DNA of 64,000 nt from Chiloscyllium plagiosum. Taxonomy: Eukaryota. Under the pieces are notes generated by a model that saw nothing but the letters and a program-made list of their open reading frames with translations, had not been told where the DNA came from and made no database searches. Both the position numbers and the translations under genes were made by a program. The first letter of the stretch is position 1. Every line of letters starts with the position of its first letter. The stretch covers positions 44,362 through 108,361 of the forward strand of contig NW_025215365.1 in the NCBI RefSeq assembly GCF_004010195.1. The letters are read 5' to 3'. This document shows, in pieces, positions 1 to 11,933 of the stretch.

Positions 1-266
1 CACACAGACACACACACAAACTCAATCATACACATACACAAACTCAATCATTCACACACACACAAACTCAATCATACACACATACAAACTCAATCATACA
101 CACACAAACTCAATCATACACACACAAACTCAATCATACACACACACACAAACCCAATCATACACACACACACAAACGCAATCATACACACACACACAAA
201 CCCAATCATACACACACTCAAACGCAATCATACACACACAAACGCAACCATTCATACACACACACA
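1..266. repeat. CA-rich minisatellite (caaactcaatcatacacac, ~20-26 bp variable unit)
   Basis: About 10 directly visible tandem copies of aaac(t/c/g)caatcat(ac)n. Confidence 0.9.
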
Positions 267-944
267 GCTAGGTGACGAAAAACCACTAAAACACAGCCAT
301 ACTTGGAACTGAGCATATTGGTTGTACTGGAGCAGTGTTCTGAAGTAGACGAAACTATTTGGACTAATATGCCCCATTTGCATGTTTTACTGGTTTCTCC
401 TTCTGGGAAATGCGACCATGTCTTTTCTCGCTACGTGAAGAAATTTCAATGGACTTTCTCCAAAATATATTTACCCCAGCCATATTTCACCCTCAGAATT
501 GGGAGTGATCCCATTTTGTGCCTTTAGCCAATTTTTCTGCTGTAGCCCTCTGGATTCTGTATGGCTCCCCGTCTTGGAGGACAACAACCTGCATCCATAC
601 CCTGCCAACAAACCTGAAAGGCAGTTGGACTTGCATGTTGAATTTTTATAGCACCGAAGCAGGCCATTCGACCTGAACAGAGGCAGGTATAGTTGCAACA
701 CTTAAAAGACATTCAAACAGGTGGTGAGTAGGAAGAGCTAAGAGGGGTATGGGCCAAACATAGGCAAAAGGGACTTGTTTAGTTTGGGGAACTTGCTCAG
801 AGTGGACAAGTTGGACTGAAGGGTCTGATTCCTCCCATCAGCATCTTTCAACTTAATGCATAATCTATTCTTCTCTCTTTCCCACCCTTTTCTAGCATCT
901 CATTAAATGTGAGTGTGCAAAGCATAGAAACCAAAACTGACAGG

Positions 945-1435
945 ACTAGCCACATAAACAAGTGGCTACAAGGGCAGGTAAGTGGCTAGGACTACTGGGG
1001 GGAAATCACTCACCTCCTGACTCCCCAAAGCCTGTCCACCATCTACAAGGCACAAGCAGGAGTGGGATGGAATACTCCCCACCTGCCTGGATGGGAGCAG
1101 CTCCAACAACACTCAAGAAGCTCGAACCATCCAGGACAAAGCAGCCACTTGATTGGCCCCACACCACAAACATCCACTCCCTCCAACACAGACACTCAGT
1201 GGCAGCAATGTGCACTATCTACAAACATGCACTGCAGGAATTCACCAAAGATCCTCAGACGGCACCTTCTGAACCCAGGACCACTTCCATCTAGAAGGTC
1301 AAGGGGGCAGCAGATAGATGTAATACACCATCCTCCTGCATGTTCCCGTCTGAGCCACTCACCATCCTCATTTGGGAAATCTATCGATGTTCCTTCACTG
1401 TCACTGGGACAAAATCCTGGAATTCCCACCCTAAG
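945..1435 (+). mobile_element. Decayed non-LTR retrotransposon 3' RT fragment (RTEX-like; clade uncertain)
   Basis: Translates to MEYSPPAWMGAAPTTLKKL...TNIHSLQHRHSVAAMCTIYK; same family inverted at ~52500-52920. Confidence 0.7.
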
Positions 1436-1579
1436 AGGAGGATTTTTCTTTCCCCAGCAATCTTCCCTTTTCAGTGGGGGCATTCAGAAGGTCAGTGTAT
1501 TGGGCTGTGAGGGTTGAGCACAGGTTTGCTCAGGCACTGAGCTGGAGGGATACAGGAATGGACCATGCTGAGGGGAACA

Positions 1580-1870
1580 GACTGCGGCCATTCAGTCTGC
1601 CTATTTTGCACACATTACCACCTTGTCAAAACTTATTGAGTCATGCCGACCAGTTATCCCAACCTACCAGCACCCGGCCCATATCCCTCCAAACCCTTCC
1701 TATTCATATACCCATCCAAATGCCCAGCCTGTTCAGCCTCTCCCTGTAGCTCAGATCCTCCAACCCTGGCAACATCCTTGTAAATCTTTTCTGAATCCTT
1801 TCAAGTTTCACAACAATCTTCCGATAGGAAGGAGACCAGAACTGCACGCAATATTCCAACAGGGACTCTA
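1580..1870 (-). mobile_element. CR1/HER1 LINE 3' fragment
   Basis: LEYCVQFWSPSYRKIVVKLERIQKRFTRMLPGLEDLSYRERLNRLG, CR1 ORF2 C-terminal signature. Confidence 0.85.
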
Positions 1871-1975
1871 AACAAGGATGAGAGGGCACAGATTTAAAAT
1901 GACGAGCAAATAAAGCAAGGGTAACATGGGGAAAAAAATGTTTGAATACAACAAATGGTTTGGGTGTGGAATGAC

Positions 1976-2285
1976 TCGATTCGATTCCCTACAGCGTGGA
2001 AACAGGCCCTTCGGTCCAACAAGTCCACACTGACCCTCCGCAGAGCAACCCAGACCCATTTCCCTACCCTATATTTACCCCTGACTAACACACCCAACAC
2101 TACGGGCAATTTAGCATGGCCAATTCACCTAACCTGCACATCTTTGGACTGTGGGAGGAAACCGGAGCACCCGGAGGAAACCCACGCAGACACGGGAGAA
2201 TGTGCAAACTCCCCACAGACAGTCGCCTGAGGCGCGAATTGAACCATAAGGCAGCAGTGCTAACCACTGAGCCACTGTGCCGCCT
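1976..2285 (-). mobile_element. HE1-type tRNA-derived SINE
   Basis: Reverse complement reads ggcacagtggctcagtggttagcactgctgcc (box A head), then V-domain gtgggtttcctccgggtgctccggtttcctccc and a CR1-like tail. Confidence 0.9.
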
Positions 2286-2459
2286 TAATGTACTGCCAGG
2301 AAATGTGGTGAGGCAGTTTCAGCTGAGGGCATTGGCTGGTTTTTATTAGGATAGATGGGCAGGGACAAGGGGAAAAGGCAGGAGATTGGCATTAGATAAT
2401 AGAGTCAGGCCAAGACACAATGGCCTTTTCCTTCGCTGTAATGATTTCTGTGACAGTGA

Positions 2460-2590
2460 ACCAAATGTCACGGTTACCACTGGACTAGCTTCCCCTTTCA
2501 GATTTGCTGCATTCCACCAGATGCCATGGTGGGATTCGAACACAGATCCCCCGGAGCATTGGTTCGGCAACTACGCCACCATCTGCCCTT
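2460..2590 (-). mobile_element. Second tRNA-derived SINE family, head fragment
   Basis: gggattcgaac box-B-like motif; matches copies at 19082-19403 and 53705-54048. Confidence 0.55.
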
Positions 2591-3204
2591 GAAAGCCCTC
2601 CTCCTGACTGCCACACAGCTTGCCTGAGTCAACCTTGGGTGAGGAAAGCATTGAAAACCCATCTGACCGAGCTCAGTGAAGACAGAATTGAAGCAGCACT
2701 GTGTGGCCAGGCCCTGGGTTTCCGGGCTACCTAGGACAGTCTAGCCTTGGGGCTGAATGGTCACATATTCCTCTGCCTGAAAACAAATGATGCACCGCTC
2801 GCTCACTCCCTTAACTAGTTCTGGCTGTGGGCGGGGGAAGGTTTCTGGTCTCGAGCTGCGGACCTGGCAATTTGTAATGAACAGCAGTGGTTACCAGCGT
2901 CTTCATGTTCTGATTAAATTGGGCTTTCACTTTAACAGGAATCGACTGCACTGCTTGCAATTAAAGCAGTGACAGTAAAGACAGTTACATAGAAGGCAGA
3001 TGCTGAGCGCAGTCTGTGGATGTCAGCCGGTTTCCATGCCGCTGTCATTTCTCGGAGGCAGAATTCAGTGCGCGTCTCTTTTTTTTTGAAAAGAATTTTA
3101 AACCAATTTGCAAAATGCTCATCCACTCAGTCATGTGGGGCGTGTGCATTACATGCCTAGTGACTGCAAGAAATAAACAACTAGAAGGTGTGAGCTGCTC
3201 GCTA

Positions 3205-3385
3205 CATTTGATTTATTATTGTCACGTACTGAGATACAGGGAAAAGTATCGTTTTTGTATGCTATCCAGGGGAATCATACCTTACAAATGTGCATCAAGA
3301 TAATGGAACAGAATGCAGAATATCGTGGTACAGAGAAGGTGCAGAGAAAGATCAGCTCTAATGTATGAGAGCTCCGTTGATAAGT
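3205..3385 (-). mobile_element. Rex1/Babar-type LINE 3' tail
   Basis: Reverse complement resembles the 3' end of the element at 26190-26970 (cagtac..gtgacaataataaatcaaat). Confidence 0.55.
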
Positions 3386-4378
3386 CAATGGGCTGAAGAG
3401 TGGCAGATAGAGTTTAATTTGGATAAATGCGAAGTATTATATTTTGCTGAAACAAACGAGGCCTGGACTTATACAATTAAAAGTAGGGCCTTGGGTAACG
3501 TTGTAGAACAAAGAGAGTTGTAGTGATAGCACAGTATGCGGAAACCATAGCAACGGAAGGCCATGTCAGCCATATAGATGGCTGCCAACTTGCCATTGAT
3601 AGAAGCAGTGCACCTACATAGCTACCTAGATACAAAATGGAAGGGCATTCTCCCTAGGCGACTAAAAATCAGGATGTGATGAGCACTGTTACCCAGAGGC
3701 AATTAGCAGTCACCAAAATACAAGGGTTCAAGTACATAATTCTTTGAAGCTTGCATCATACGTAGACAGGGGGATTAAGAAGGCATTTAGCACGTTTACT
3801 TTCATTGCTCAGACCTCTGAGTGTAGGAATTGGGACATTGTCTTAATGTTGTACAGGACTCTTTTGGAGTACTGTGTCCAGCTCTAATCGTCCTGTTACA
3901 AGAAGGTCATTATCAAGCGGGAGAGGGTTTGGAAGGGATTTACCAGGATGTTGCTGGGAATGAGGGTTTGAGTTGGAAGGGACTTTTTTCACTGGAGTGT
4001 AGGAGGGGAGGGGGACCTTATAAAGGCTAATAAAATCATGAGGAACATAGATCAGGTGAATGGCAGGTGTCTTTTCCCTAGGGTGGGGCATTTCAAGATG
4101 AGGAGGCTTATTTTTAAGATGAGAGGACTAAGACTTAAAAAAAGGACATGAAGGGCAATTTCTTTGCACAGAGCGTGGTTTAATGTGTGGAATGAACGTC
4201 CTGAGGAAGTGTGGGTACAGTTACAATGTTTAAAAGACATTTGGATAAGTACATGAATAAGGAATGTTTGGAGGGATATGAGTCAAGTGCAGGCAGGTAG
4301 GACTAGTTTAGTTTGGGATAAAGGTCAGCATGGACTGGTTGGACTGAAGGGTCTGATTCCGTGCTGTATGACTCTAAA
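3385..4378 (+). mobile_element. CR1/HER1 LINE fragment with internal insertion
   Basis: tgggctgaagagtggcagatagagtttaat...gagtactgtgtcca... ending in HER1 tail ggactggttggactgaagggtctg. Confidence 0.8.
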
Positions 4379-4687
4379 CCTGATAACTGTGGGGAATAAG
4401 CTGTTCTTAAATCTGTTAGTAAATCTACAGGCAGTTAGTCGTCCACCACGTGCTGCATAATCAAAGACCAGATGCGCCATTGTCCCATTGGTACTTTTCA
4501 GAAGAGAGATTGTTTACCTACAGGGGCCCAGGGAAACCTCTTTGAGAAGCCAGGGGGGGGATAAGTAGTTGTGAAGGTCAAAGCAAGCAGTGAGGAGACC
4601 CAAGGACCTGGATGCAGTGCCATCAGACATTCGATGACCTGACTTGAATGATCAAGGTCAGTGAAAGAATCTCCAAACGTCATCTCA

Positions 4688-4806
4688 TGAAACAAAGAAC
4701 TGCAGATGCTGGGAATCTGAACCAAAACCAGAAAGTGCGGGAGAAACTTAGCGGGTCTGTGCAGAGAATTCAGAGTTGGTGGTTCGAGTGACCCTTCCTC
4801 AGAATC
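4688..4806 (-). mobile_element. Penelope-like pLTR fragment
   Basis: aaagaactgcagatgctgggaatctg...gtgacccttcctcag; same motif as the end of the GIY-YIG element at 5215-6225. Confidence 0.6.
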
Positions 4807-5214
4807 CGGGTGGAAGTACAATGGGGAATAAGGGAACAGCAAAGAGAGTGAAGGCCGGACCATCAAAGCTAGTCTCAGTTCGGGATCAGACTGTCGGAAA
4901 TAGCAGTGACAGAATGCCAGTTGCCATTCTCCAGGAAGCAGCCAATTAAGAAGGCACCTTTAGGAGCTCAGTCCATTCAAGAATTGTCAGTGGGCTAGAC
5001 AAGTGGGAGACATACTGGGTGGGGGGGGGGGGGGGGGTCCATCGCAATGTCTGGCCAATGGCCCCACTGGGAGCGAGAAGTTGTTGACATTGCTGGTGTG
5101 GGATTGTGAGGGCACCTCAAAAGGAGATAGAAAGCTCCAAAAACCAGGTCTTCAGTGTTTTGCAGAAGAAGCCAACGCGGGGCGAGAGGAAAGCTACTCT
5201 CACACCGAACGGTT

Positions 5215-6225
5215 TGAAACCCAAACAGACATAGTTGGTGAAACTCAGCAGGTCTGGCAGCATCTGCAGGGAGAGAGAGAGAGAAGCAGAGTGAACGTTT
5301 CTTGCCTGGTGATTCTTCATCAGAACTGGTAGAGCAGTGAGGAACAAAGGGTTTTTTTAATGTAGGAGTCGAGGTTGGTGGCGGTTTGGTGAGGAGGTGA
5401 GCAGCTAGGTGGAGATAGTACTGAGAGAGCGAGAGAGACAGAGAGAGAGAGAGAGAGTGAGACGTGAAAGGGGTAGGCAGATAAGGGGATTATTGGAAGT
5501 AACCAAGAATGGAAGAGAAGCTGAGTAAGTGATAACGAGAGTAGGAGGGAATGGATAACTGTGCTAAAAGAAACCCATATCATAACACGACCAGGTGTAG
5601 GGTGGGTAAAACAAATGGAAGGATGGAATCAGTTTCTAAAGTTATTGAACTCGATCGTTGAGTCTGAGAGACTGCAGAGTCCCTAAAATGGAAAAGCAGA
5701 GTTTGTTCTTCCAGCTTGCACTGAGGCTCGCTGGAACACCCCAGCAGGCCTGCGATAGAAATGTTGCCATGGTAACACATTGGTCTGATGAAGTGACAGG
5801 CAATGGAGGCTCAGGATCATCTTTCTGGATCGAATACAAGTGTTCTGCGAAGTGGTCACCCAGTCTGCGTTCCGTCTTCCCCCCCATGTAGAGGAGAGCA
5901 TACGGGGAGCGGAGAAGGCAGAAGGCTAGATTGAGTGAAGTGCAGGGTAAAGCGCTGCTTCCTCTGGAAGGTGTCTCCGGAGCCTTGGATAGTGAGGAGG
6001 GAGGAGGTAAACAGGCAGGAGTTGCATCTTCTGAGTTGGCAGGGATGAGCTGGGAGCGAAGGAGGAATAGACTTGGGTCTTCCAAAAGGAACAGTGCCTG
6101 TGTAAGGCAGACAAGCGAGGGGAGAGGAATAGGTGTCTGGTGGTGGCATCTCACTGGAGGTGATAGAGATGATGGCTTACAGTCCTCTGGGGACTGGTGG
6201 GGTGGTAGGTGCAGGCCAGAGGGGA
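5215..6225 (-). mobile_element. Penelope-like element: decayed GIY-YIG endonuclease region plus pLTR end with hammerhead-like motif
   Basis: ORF 5642-6295(-) has CTSLNLAFCL..LLYMGGKTERRLGDHFAEHL and ILGTLQSLRLN; ORF 5580-5780(-) has GLLGCSSEPQCKLEEQTLLF; CTGATGA...GAAACGTT at 5323-5294(-). Confidence 0.85.
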
Positions 6226-6477
6226 CCTTACATTGTGGCTCGAATCTGGAATGCACTGCCTGAATGCGAGGTGAACATAGGCTCAATTGAGACATTCAAG
6301 AGGGCATTGGATGATTACTGAAACAGGAATGATGTGGGAGTTACGGGAAAAAGACAGGGACTTGACACTAAGGTGCAGCGCTCAGAGAGCTGGTGCAGGC
6401 TCCTGTGACAATTCCGTGATACAATCTGTGCAAGGGGACAAATTGAAAATCCTTGTAAGGCCACAGCCATCAATGTC

Positions 6478-7050
6478 ATCGCTCAGACCTTTGGATTATA
6501 GGAGTCGGGACGTCATGTTGAGATTGTACAGCACATTGGTGAGGCCTGTTCTGGAATACTGTGTCCAGTTCTGGCTGCCCTGTTACAGGAAGGATATTAT
6601 TAAACTGGACAGGGTTCAGAAGAGATTTACCAGGATGTTGGGAATGGGAATGGGTTATAAGGGGAGGCTGGATAGGCTGGGATATTTTCCCTTTAGGGTA
6701 GGAGGTTGAGGGGTGACCTAATAGAGGTTTATAAAATCATGAGAAGTATAAATAAGGTGTTGTTTCCCTAAGGTGGGGGATTTCAAGACTAGGGGGGAGA
6801 TTTTTAAGGTGAGAGGAGAAAGATTAAAAAAAGACTTGAGGGACAACTTTTTTACATAGAGAGTGGTTTGTGTGTGGGATAAGCTGCCAGAGGAAGTGGT
6901 GGATGTGGGTACAGTTCCGACATTTAAAAGACATTTGGATAAGTCCATGAATAAGAAAGGTTTGGAGGGACATGGGCCAAGCACAGGCAGGTGAGACTAG
7001 TTTAGTTTGGGATTATGGTCGGCGTGGACTGGTTGGACCGAAGGGTCTGT
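6478..7050 (+). mobile_element. CR1/HER1 LINE 3' end
   Basis: DYRSRDVMLRLYSTLVRPVLEYCVQFWLPCYRKDIIKLDRVQKRFTRM plus HER1 tail. Confidence 0.9.
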
Positions 7051-7679
7051 TTCCATTCTCTATGACCCTATGGAAGAGGAACCCTTTAGATGCCCTAGGC
7101 TCCTGACAAAGAGGAAGCCCATTCCGCTGAGCTCCTGGCAACCTCCTCATCCAGACTCCAGGAAAGCCCCTGTTGGGGCTCATTGGCCACCCCCTACCAC
7201 CGAGTAGGGAGCCAGTACCCTAGTGACTCCACCTCCTGTAACAACACTCAGAGGCAGCAACATACCACTTCTCAATCTTAACCCCTGGCCCCATCTCTAG
7301 ACCCACCTCCCCAAATCCGGCAGAAACTCAGCCCGTTCTTTGTATATCCTGGCAGAGCAGGCATCAAACATCCCAGATATACAAGTGTAAATGGTGTCTC
7401 AATTGTGGGCAGAAGTTAGGCATTCACTTGGGCTTCACTTGAACAATATGAAGAGACACTTAATGAACCTGCGGCTGGTTGGATTAGGAGGCGTACGCAA
7501 TGTCATGTTTCACTTTGAAAATAAGTGAAAGACCAAATAAGGAACATCTCTACAGTAGCTTTCCTTCATTGATGAATTATAACAGGAAGGGTTTAACTAA
7601 AGAACTTAAGGTTTTGGGTAAGACGTGTTCACGGGGAAATTGATGTGACTAAAAGCTGGAAATCCACTCTGACCTGCAT

Positions 7680-8720
7680 TCTAAAGGAAGGTGACTGTGG
7701 AGATCATGGATTCCTAAGTTTGCATCTTCCTGAATTCCTTACATTATAAAGTCTTCCCTGTTGATTATAAGTTAGTCAACCTAAAAATGGAGGGAGAAAG
7801 AAAACCAGGAATTATTAGACAAACTATTCTGACATCAGTAGTTGGGAAAATGCTCAAATTTATGATTAGGGATGTGATAACATCGCACTTTAAGAAAAAT
7901 AATGCAAATATAGACTGACCCAATACTGATTTATGAAAGGGAAACTGATTGATAAGTCTACTGGTTTCCTTTGAGGATTATTTAATTAAGGGTGGTTATG
8001 AAGAAACCAATAGATGTTGTGTATTTGGATTTCCGATTATGCGTCACACAAGTTTAAGACTCGTGGGATTGTGGACAATATATGAGAACGGATTGAGAAT
8101 TGACACACAGAAAGACAATAGAACAAAAAGTTTTTTTTCTTCAGGTTTAGTTCCGAGGATGGGTCACTGGACCCGAAACATTAACTCTGATTTCTCTCCA
8201 CAGATGCTGCCAGACTTGCTGCGTTTTTCCAGCAATTTCTGTTTTTGTTTCTGGATTTCCAGCATCCCCAGCTCTTGCAGATTTTTCTTTTCAGGATGGC
8301 GGGCTTTCACTCAAGGGTAGCCACGTGAGAACATATACCTCTACCTCCGTTACTCATAATCCATACTAATCACTTCGGTCGAGTGTCCTGTCTCCTGATG
8401 TTTGCTGCTAATGCAAAGTTCGGTGGGAAAAATGTGAGTGGGAGGCAGTGAGGCTGCAAGGGGAAGTATATAGGAAAAGAAATATAATGTGGAGATATAT
8501 GAAGTTAACCACCTTGGTAGGAACATTGGAAAAGCAGGTAATTTTTGAAGGTTGGGAGATTGGGATAGAGTTGCATTCAGTGGGGCCTGGGTGACCTTGC
8601 ACATAATTTACAGGAAGTCAACCTGCAAACAAATTCACAAAACATATGTGAACCTTTATTATCAAGGAGATAAGAGCAAAGAAGCCTGACTACAACTGTA
8701 TAAAACTTTCACCATTTGAG
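7680..8720 (+). mobile_element. Old degraded CR1 RT fragment interrupted by a Penelope pLTR piece
   Basis: aaaaccaggaattattagac...gacatcagtagttgggaaaatgct (GNYRP-SLTSVVGK-like) and tttgctgctaatgcaaag (FADD-like). Confidence 0.6.
8148..8290 (+). mobile_element. Penelope-like pLTR fragment with degenerate hammerhead motif
   Basis: AGTT-CCGAGGA-T-GGGTC-ACTG-GACCC-GAAAC-ATT-AACT, then cagatgctgccagacttgctg. Confidence 0.75.
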
Positions 8721-10164
8721 TACTTTTAAAGACACTTTTATTTCTATTCTGGGCACTGAGTAAGTCGAGTACTTTTTAAAACTTTGCATTCCTACTTTAG
8801 ACTTTACTCATTCAATTCTGTAACAAACATTTAAAGTATCTGTCCCTCGGTACCCCATACCTAAGATGGCATCAAAGAGACTACAAACTTTTCACTGCAC
8901 TCATTCACGTGACAATAAAGACTATTCTATTCTACTTTATCCAAGACTGCTCTCCTTATATCAGAGAGTTATATTCGTCTTGTAGTGAGTGCAACACATG
9001 TCCCCTCATGTGAAGGAATTGTTCTGCAAGGAGAAAGCAAGCAAACAAAGTCTACATCCCCAAGAGTTTGGAAAAACCTATTTTAAATCCTTTGAAACGC
9101 TGAAGGGGCTTGATGCTGAAAAGTTGTTCTCCCTGGTGGGAAAACTAACACTCAGAACTTTCAGAGAAAGGGTCAATTATTCGGGACTGCAATAAGCCGA
9201 CAATTCCTCACACAAACAGTGGCCATTCTCTAGAATCCCTCCCTGAAGACGATGTTCAACCACTGAGTATTTCCAAAACAGAGACTGTCAGATTTTGGGG
9301 AATTAAAGGAAGGGCTTCAAGAAGGTGTAGGTGAGGCCATCCGCAGTGATCTTTGGTGAATAGTGAAGCAGATCGAGGGGCTGAATGATCATCTCCTGGT
9401 TCTATTTCTGATACATTCTGTGCTCTCAATATTTACCTAATTGTGTTACTAATAATGTCAGACCAACACAAGGGAATAATAGACACTGCATCACCCCAGC
9501 AAGGGACTGACAGCAAAAGGGAGCAACTGAAACTCATTATACCTAAAGTGGCACTAATGGCCCAACATCTATCTCATACATTAAGCCAGAGATTTCACCA
9601 AGGGGCACAGACACTTAATCTTGTTATACCTCTGCATAAGCCCACTTATCTCCTAAAATGAAGACTGTAATCCCAGCCAGAGAGACAGAAACCAATTATT
9701 AAATTGAAATGGACTCATTCATGAGCCTGTCACATGACCAAAGTACATTTGGTTTCTGAAGAAAATTTTTTAATAATACATTTCTGTATTCTTGACAAAA
9801 GTCTGGTTTACAATAAACATCAGTGTGTGTGAATTTAACTAGTAATCCCATGTCGCAGACTCCCGCCTTCCTCAAGCGTGAATCTCTTTCACAACCTAGT
9901 TCAGGCAGAAAACGTGCACAAGCATGAAAAATTGAGGAAGTGTGTACACCATCATCAACTTTTATCCACTTTGAAAGGAATCCTTCAGCCAACTGAAACA
10001 CTCTTGCTGAATTCAAGCTCAGAAGGTTAAGGACACTGACTCCCGAGGCTCAGACAAAAATTGCACGTTTATGTCTTTGATTTCTTTGTTTTCTCTTCCA
10101 TTTGCTTTTTCAAAGAAGCCTTTTCTTCTGTGTCTGTGTGTGGAGGTGTTTGAATGTCTGTGGA

Positions 10165-10925
10165 AGTTGTAGAGTCATACAGCACAGAAACAGACCCTTC
10201 GGTCCAACCAGTCCATGCTGAACATAATCCCAAACTAAACTAGGCCCACCTGCCTGTATATAGTCCCACCAAGGCCCATATCCTTCCGGCAGAAGTGGGT
10301 ACTGCAGATGCTGGAGATTAGAGTCAAGATTAGAGTGGCGCTGGAAAAGCACAGCAGGTCAGGTTTTCCGTTGATTTTCCTGCTCCTCGGATGCTGCCTG
10401 ACCTGCTGTGCTTTTCCAGCACCACTCTAATCTAGACCCATATCCTTCCAGACCTTTCCTATCCATGTACTTCTCCAAATGTCTTACATGTTGTAACTGT
10501 ACCTGCATCGCCCACTTTCTCTAGACGTTCATTCCACAAACAAACTACGCTCTGTGTAAAAAAGTTGACCCCCACCCCCCATGTCCTTGTCAAAACTTAT
10601 CCCCCTCACCTTAACAATATGCCCCCTAATTTTGAAATCCCTCACCCTAGGGAAAAGACCCTTGTCATTCACTTTATCCATACCCTTCATAATTTTATAA
10701 ACCTGTATAAGGTCACCTCTCAACCTCCTACACTCCAATGAAAAAGGTCCCAGCCTATCCAGCCTCTCCTCGGAACTCAAACCCTCCATTTCCTGGCAAC
10801 ATCCTGGTATATCTTTTCTGAACCCTCTCCAGCTTGGTATCCTTCCTGTAACGGGACGACCAGAACTGGGCACAGTGCTCCAGAAGAGGCCTGACCAGCA
10901 GCCCGTACGACCTCAACATGACGCA
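10165..10925 (-). mobile_element. CR1/HER1 LINE 3' end
   Basis: ORF 10529-10873(-): EERLDRLGPFSLECRRLRGDLIQVYKIMKGMDKVN; tail interrupted at 10288-10436. Confidence 0.9.
10288..10436. mobile_element. Inverted pair of Penelope-like pLTR fragments flanked by a 13-bp direct repeat
   Basis: agattagagtggcgctggaaaagcacagcaggtcagg / cctgacctgctgtgcttttccagcaccactctaatct; flanks cccatatccttcc at 10275-10287 and 10437-10449. Confidence 0.8.
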
Positions 10926-11933
10926 GTGCGTGTGTGCATGTAAATAAAAGCGTGTTTCTGTGCGCTTGAGTGTGCGCGTGTCTGCATATACTTGTGAACA
11001 TGCGTGTGTGCACGTGTGTTATGATAATGATTTGTTGTGGGATACATGACTGTGTACCCCAAGATCCCTCTGTTCCACTTTACAGTTATCATCCTATTGT
11101 TCCTTGTGTATTCCCCTGACAGACTTTCCCATGTGCATCACTTCATATATATGTCTCGACTGATTTCCTTTGGCCACTGGGAGCAGGTCCACTGATCCAC
11201 TGCAGTCCCCAGCTTTCTCCTCTACTATCAACCGCACAGCCGATATTTGTATCGTACAGCCCACGTTCCAGTTCAATAACCGTCGATAGACAGTGAGAGA
11301 GCCAACAGTGAGCTCTGTGGAAGGCACACATGACAGCCTTCCACTGATAAAGACAGCAATGTATCAACGGTCATTGCTTCTACATCCTCAGAGATGAATT
11401 TGGATCCAATTTAGCCCCAGGTCCCCTTTGGTCTACTTTCGTCACCAACTGGACCTGAGGTGACAACTTTGCTATAACCTGTCACAGAGCTGACCTCAGC
11501 TCGATGGGCCAATCGGCCTCCTGCACAATGATACTCCAATGAACCAAGGGACAGAAACTGCTGAGTTCTCCCCGACAGACTGTTGGGGTCCTGGATGTTC
11601 TCGTGGCGACCATTTATTAAATACAGAGTTACACTGTGAAGGATTTAATAGCTTCTCAGTGCCCAGCCTCTGATGTAACACTGTATGACAATTCGGTGAA
11701 ATATTTGGTCACAATGAGAACAGCATGCAGATCATCTATGTGATTACCAGTGCCTGGAATGAAGTGGGGGAGAAAGAGAATATATGTGAATGAGCACATG
11801 TGAGAGAGAGAGAGAGAGACTTTGATGGAGAAACAAAAAGGATCAGGATGTCAGACAGAGAGACAGAAAGAATTACAGCATACAGCAGGAGATACCCACA
11901 AACAAGGTACAGCTGTGAGAGAGATAGATACCA

